Origin: the human T2T-CHM13v2.0 reference genome, Homo sapiens
Length of the DNA: 64,000 nt
Assembly (NCBI RefSeq): GCF_009914755.1
Contig: NC_060933.1
Reading direction: 5' to 3' (one strand)
A program made the position numbers and the translations under genes. Of the stretch, positions 58,152 through 64,000 are shown piece after piece (position 1 is the stretch's first letter; the number at the start of each line of letters is the position of its first letter). A model generated the notes under the pieces. The model was given only the letters and a program-made list of their open reading frames with translations, was not told the origin of the DNA and made no database searches.

Positions 58152-61100
58152 TTCCATTCCATTTCATTACATTCAGATTGATTCTATTCAATTCCCTTAC
58201 ACTCCATTATATTCCAATCCATTCTGGTTGTTTCCATTCCATTCCATTCCATTTCACTCCATTCCATTGCACTCGGGTTGATTCCATTCCATTCCATTCC
58301 ATTGCATTCCATTCCATTCCATTGCGGATGATTCGATTCCATTGCATTCCATTCCATTCCATTCCCCTGCACTCGGGTTGATTCCATTCCATTCCATTCC
58401 ATTACATTCCGTTCCATTCCATTCCATTCCATTCGGACTGATTCTATTCAATTCCCTTACACTCCATTACATTCCATTCCATTTGGGTGGTTTCCATTCC
58501 ATTCCATTCCATTCCTCTCCATTCCATTGCACTCGGGTTGATTCCATTCCATTCCATTCCATTCCATTCCATTCCATTCCATTCCATTCCATTGCACTCC
58601 ATTCCATTGCACTCTGGTTGATTCCATTCCATTCCATTCCATTCCATTCCGGATGACTCCATTCCATTGCATTCCGTTCCATTACCTTCCCCTGCACTCG
58701 GGTTGACTCCATTCCATTCCATTCCATTCCATTCCATTCCATTCGATTCCATTCCATTCCAATTCTTTCCATTCCATTCTATTCCGTACCATTCCATTCC
58801 ATTCCATACAATTCCATTCCATTCCATTCCATTCCATTCCATTCCTTTCCGTTCCGTTCCGTTCCATTCCATTCCATTCCATTCTATTCGGGTTAATTAC
58901 ATTTCATTCCATTCCATTCCATTCTATTCCATTCCATTGCAATCGAGTTGAATCCATTGCATTCCATTCCATTACATTCCGTTCCATTCCATTCCATTCC
59001 ATTCGGACTGATTCTATTCAATTCCCTTACACTCCATTACATTCCATTCCATTTGGGTAGTTCCCATTCCATTCCATTCCATTCCTCTCCATTCCATTGC
59101 ACTCGGGTTGATTCCATTCCATTCCATTCCATTCCATTCCATTCCATTCCATTGCACTCCATTCCATTGCACTCGGGTTGATTCCATTCCATTCCATTCC
59201 ATTCCATTCCGGATGACTCCATTCCATTGCATTCCGTTCCATTACCTTCCCCTGCACTCGGGTTGATTCCATTCCATTCCATTCCATTCCATTCCATTCC
59301 ATTCGATTCCATTCCATTCCAATTCTTTCCATTCCATTCTATTCCGTACCATTCCATTCCATTCCATACAATTCCATTCCATTCCATTCCATTCCATTCC
59401 ATTCCGTTCCGTTCCGTTCCGTTCCATTCCATTCCATTCCATTCTATTCGGGTTAATTCCATTTCATTCCATTCCATTCCATTCTATTCCATTCCATTGC
59501 AATCGAGTTGAATCCATTGCATTCCATTCCATTCCATTCCATTCCATTCCATTCCATTCCATTCCGGAAGATTCCATTCCATTGCATTCCATTCCATTCC
59601 ATTCCCCTGGACTCGCGTTTATTCCTTTCAATTCCATTCGATTCCATTCCATTCCATTTCGTTCCGTTCCATTCCATTCCATTCCATTCCATTCCGTTCC
59701 GTTCCTTTCCGTTCCATTCCATTCCATTCTATTCGGGTTAATTCCATTCCATTCCATTCGATTGCAATCAAGTTGATTCCATTCCATTCCATTCCATTCC
59801 ATTCCATTCCTTTCAATTACATTACGGATGATTCCATTCCATTGCATTCCATTCCATTCCATTCCCCTGTACTCGGGTTGATTCCATTCCATTCTATTCC
59901 AATCCATGCCATTCCACTCGTGTTGATTCCATTCTTTCCATTCCATTCAAGTTGAATCCATTCCATTGCATTCCATTCCATTCCATTCCATTCGATTGCA
60001 CTCGGGTTGATTCCATTCCATTGCATTCCATTCCATTCCATTCCATTGCATTCCATTCCATTCCATTCCATTCCATTCCGTTCCATTCCATTCCATTACA
60101 TTCGGATTGATTCTATTCAATTACCTTACATTCCATTACATTCCATTCCATTCGGGTAGTTTCCATTCCATTCCATTCCATTCCTCTCCATTCTATTGCA
60201 CTCGGGTTGATTCCATTCCATTCCATTCCATTCCATTCCATTCCATTCCATTCCATTCCATTCCATTGTACTCGGGTTGATTCCATTCCATTGCATTCCA
60301 TTCCATTCCATTCCATTCCATTCCGTTCCATTCCATTCCATTACATTCGGATTGATTCTTTTTAACTCCCTTACTCTCCATTACATTCCATTCCATTCGG
60401 GTTGTTCCATTCCATTACATTCCATTCCACTCCATTCCATTGCACTCGGGTTGATTCCATTCCATTCCATTCCATTCCATTCCGGATGATTCCATTCCAT
60501 TGCATTCCGTTCCATTACATTCCCCTGCACTCGGATTGATTCCATTCCATTCCATTCCATTCCATTCGATTCCATTCCATTCCCCTGCACTCGCGTTGAT
60601 TCCATTCCATTCCATTCCATTCCATTCCATTCCATTCCATTCCATTCCTTTCCATTGCATTGCTTTCCGTTCCATTCCATTCCATTCCATTCATTTCCGT
60701 TCCGTTTAATTCCATTCCATTCCATTCTATTCGGGTTAATTCCATTCCATTCCATTCGATTGCAATCGAGTTGATTCCATTCCATTCTATTCCATTCCAT
60801 TCCTTTCCATTGAATTACGGATGATTCCATTCCATTGCATTCCATTCTATTCCATTCTCCTCTACTCGGGTTGATTCCATTCCATTCCATTCCAATCCAT
60901 GCCATTCCACTCGTGTTGATTCCATTCTTTCCATTCCATTCAAGTTTAATCCATTCCATTGCATTGCATTCCATTCGATTGCACTCGGGTTGATTCCATT
61001 CCATTGCATTCCATTCCATTCCATTCCATTCCATTACTTTCCATTCCATTTCATTACATTCAGATTGATTCCATTCAAATCCCTTACACTCCAATATATT

Positions 61101-61685
61101 CCAATCCATTCTGGTTGTTTCCATTCCATTCCATTCCGTTTCACTCCATTCCATTGCACTCGGGTTGATTCCATTCCATTCCATTCCATTCCATTCCGGA
61201 TGATTCCATTCCATTGCATTCCATTCCATTCCATTCCCCTGCACTCGGGTTGATTCCATTCCATTTCATTACATTATATTCCGTTCCATTCCATTCCATT
61301 AAATTCGGATTATTCTATTCAATTCCCTTACACTTTATTACATTCGATTCCATTCGGGTAGTTTCCATTCCATTCCATTCCATTCCTCTCTATTCCATTG
61401 CACTCGGGTTGATTCCATTCCATTCCATTCCATTCCATTCCAATCCATTCCATTCCATTCCATTCCATCGCACTCGGGTTGATTCCATTACATTTCATTC
61501 CATTCCATTCCATTCCATTCCGTTCCATTCCATTCCATTACATTCGGATTGATTCTATTCAACTCCCTTACTCTCCATTCCATTCCATTCCATTCGGGTT
61601 GTTCCATTCCATTCCATTCCATTCCACTCCATTCCATTGCACTCGGGTTGATTCCATTCCATTCCATTCCATTCCATTCCATTCC
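53135..61685 (+). repeat. ~4.1/4.4-kb tandem duplication (unit A ~53135-57263, unit B ~57264-61685). In 21.7-kb copy 1 it appears as full A (~31417-35540) plus truncated B (~35541-36428).
   Basis: ORF offsets are 4134-4144 (53774/57908, 54523/58667), then 4374-4379 (56121/60500, 56441/60815). Shared private words include CCCGTGCACTCGCG, CCCCTGGACTCGCGTTTATT and CATCGCACTCGGG. Confidence 0.9.
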
Positions 61686-64000
61686 AATTCTTTCCATTCC
61701 ATTGTATTCCGTACCATTCCATTCCATTCCATTCCATACAATTCCATTCCATTCCATTCCATTCCATTCCATTCCATTCCATTCAGTTCCGTTTAGTTCC
61801 GTTCCATACCATTCCATTCCATTCTATTCGGGTTAATTCCATTCCATTCCATTCCATTCCATTCCATTCTATTCCATTCCATTGCAATCGAGTTGAATCC
61901 ATTGCATTCCATTCCATTCCATTCCAATCCAGAAGATTCCATTCCATTGCATTGCATTCCATTCCACTCCCCTGCACTCGCGTTGATTCCATTCCATTCC
62001 ATTCCATTCCGTTCCGTTCCGTTCCATTCCATTCCATTCCATTCCATTCCGTTCCGTTCCGTTCCGTTCCATTCCATTCCATTCTATTCGGGTTAATTCC
62101 ATTCCATTCCATTCGATTGCAATCGAGTTGATTCCATTCCATTCCATTCCATTACATTCCGTTCCATTCCATTCCATTACATTCTATTCGGGTTAATTCC
62201 ATTCCATTCCATTCCACTCCATTCCAGTCCTTTCCATTCCATTCCACTCGGGTTGATTCCATTCTATTCCTTTCCATTCCATTCCATTCCATTGCAATCG
62301 AGTTGATTCCATTCGAGTTGAATCCATTCCATTCCATTCCATTCCATTCCATTTCACACGGGTTCATTGTAATCCATTCCATTCCATTCCATTCCATTCC
62401 ATTCCATTCCATTCCATTCCATTTCGTTCCAATCCCTTCTATTCCGAACCATTCCATTCCATTCCATTCCATTCCATTCCATTCCATTCCATTCCGTGCC
62501 ATTCCATTCTGGTTGATTCCATTCCTTTCTATTCCATTCGGGTTGAATTCATTCCATTCCATTCCATTGCATTCGAATCCATTCCATTGCACTCGGGTTG
62601 ATTCCATTCCATTCCATTCCATTCCAATCCATTCCGTTCCATTCCATTTCATAACATTCAGATTGATTCTATTCAATTCCCTTACACTCCATTATATTGC
62701 AATCCATTCTGGTTGTTTCCATTCCATTCCATTCCATTTCACTCCATTCCATTGCACTCGGGTTGATTCCATTGCATTCCATTCCATTCCATTCTGGATG
62801 ATTCCTTTCCATTGCATTCCATTCCATTCCATTAGCCTGCACTCGGGTTGATTCCATTCCATTCCATTCCATTCCATTCCATTCCATTCCATTCCATTCC
62901 ATTCGATTCCATTCCATTCCAATTCTTTCCATTCCATTCTATTCCGTACCATTCCATTCCATTCCATACAATTCCATTCCATTCCATTCCATTCCATTCC
63001 ATTCCATTCCGTTCCGTTCCGTTCAGTTCCGTTCCATACCATTCCATTCCATTCTATTCGGGTTAATTCCATTCCATTCCATTCCATTCCATTCCATTCT
63101 ATTCCATTCCATTGCAATCGAGTTGAATCCATTGCATTCCATTCCATTCCATTCCATTCCAGAAGATTCCATTCCATTGCATTCCATTCCATTCCATTCC
63201 CCTGCACTCGCGTTGATTCCATTCCATTCCATTCCGTTCCGTTCCATTCCGTTCCATTCCATTCCATTCCATTCCATTCCATTCCATTCCATTCCTTTCC
63301 GTTCCGTCCCATTCCATTCCATTGTATTCGGGTTAATTCCATTCTATTCCATTCGATTGCAATCGTGTTGATTCCATTGCATTCCATTCCATTACATTCC
63401 GTTCCATTCCATTCCATTACATTCTATTCCGGTTAATTCCATTCCATTCCATTCCACTCCATTCCAACCCTTTCCATTCCATTCCACTCGGGTTGATTCC
63501 ATTCTATTCCTTTCCATTCCATTCCATTCCATTGCAATCGAGTTGATTCCATTCGAGTTGAATCCCTTCCATTCCATTCCATTCCATTCCATTGCACACG
63601 GGTTCATTCCAATCCATTCCATTCCATTCCATTCCATTCCATTCCATTCCATTCCATTCCATTCCATTGTACTCGGGTTGATTCCATTCCATTGCATTCC
63701 ATTCCATTCCATTCCATTCCATTCCGTTCCATTCCATTCCATTACATTCGGATTGATTCTATTCAACTCCCTTACTCTCCATTACATTCCATTCCATTCG
63801 GGTTGTTGCATTCCATTCCATTCCATTCCACTCCATTCCATTGCACTCGGGTTGATTCCATTCCATTCCATTCCATTCCATTCGATTCCATTCCATTCCA
63901 ATTCTTTCCATTCCATTCTATTCCGTACCATTCCATTCCATTCCATACAATTCCAATCCATTCCATTCCATTCCATTCCATTCCATTCCTTTCCGTTCCG
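61683..64000 (+). repeat. Diverged ~1.0-1.23-kb tandem units at the right end
   Basis: TTCCAATTCTTTCC occurs at ~61682, ~62917 and ~63896. CCAGAAGATTCC occurs at 61929 and 63159. ORF offset is 1230 (61893/63123). Confidence 0.7.

Larger units (their letters stand above)
1..64000 (+). repeat. Human satellite III (HSat3/SatIII) pericentromeric array, (CATTC)n on the + strand, single orientation throughout
   Basis: CATTC pentamers dominate every line. They are interspersed with ACTCGGGTTG / ATTCGGGTTA (reverse complement CAACCCGAGT, the classic SatIII decamer). There is no extended GGAAT tract on the + strand and no non-satellite sequence. Confidence 0.98.

Noticed and set aside
1-64000. CRISPR-like repeat/spacer reading of conserved words separated by variable tracts
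   Set aside because: The 'spacers' are the pentamer itself, not unique sequence. There are no cas genes and the context is primate satellite DNA.
1-64000. Strand inversion, or an Alu/L1/other insertion
   Set aside because: CATTC polarity holds in every line. I saw no poly(A) tail, target-site duplication or non-satellite tract.
1-64000. HSat2 or a fixed 1.8/3.5-kb higher-order repeat (e.g. DYZ1-type)
   Set aside because: CATTCGATTC is only occasional, unlike HSat2. Landmark spacings are irregular, with no constant period.

Overview
All 64 kb is one uninterrupted array of human classical satellite III (HSat3/SatIII). It has (CATTC)n on the + strand, no inversion, and repeated copies of the classic interspersed decamer ACTCGGGTTG (reverse complement CAACCCGAGT). 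I see no credible gene, RNA gene or transposon. Every listed ORF is a by-product of the pentamer, which reads FHSIP or MEWNG with no stops. A recurring ~160-bp module resembles my recollection of the chr9 SatIII clone pHuR98, so 9q12 is the likely source, but this is unverified. The array has two kinds of internal structure. (1) Nested tandem duplications: a 560-bp pair sits inside a ~4.1/4.4-kb pair, which is cut by a very recent ~21.7-kb duplication (14756-36428 / 36429-58151) with a base-resolved junction. There are also older 0.06-3 kb duplications and direct-repeat-mediated deletions. (2) An ordered set of variant words, one of which (aTTCc gGAAg aTTCc) is a perfect three-unit heat shock element, present about 45 times by my count. 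All counts and comparisons were made by eye and are lower bounds or approximations.
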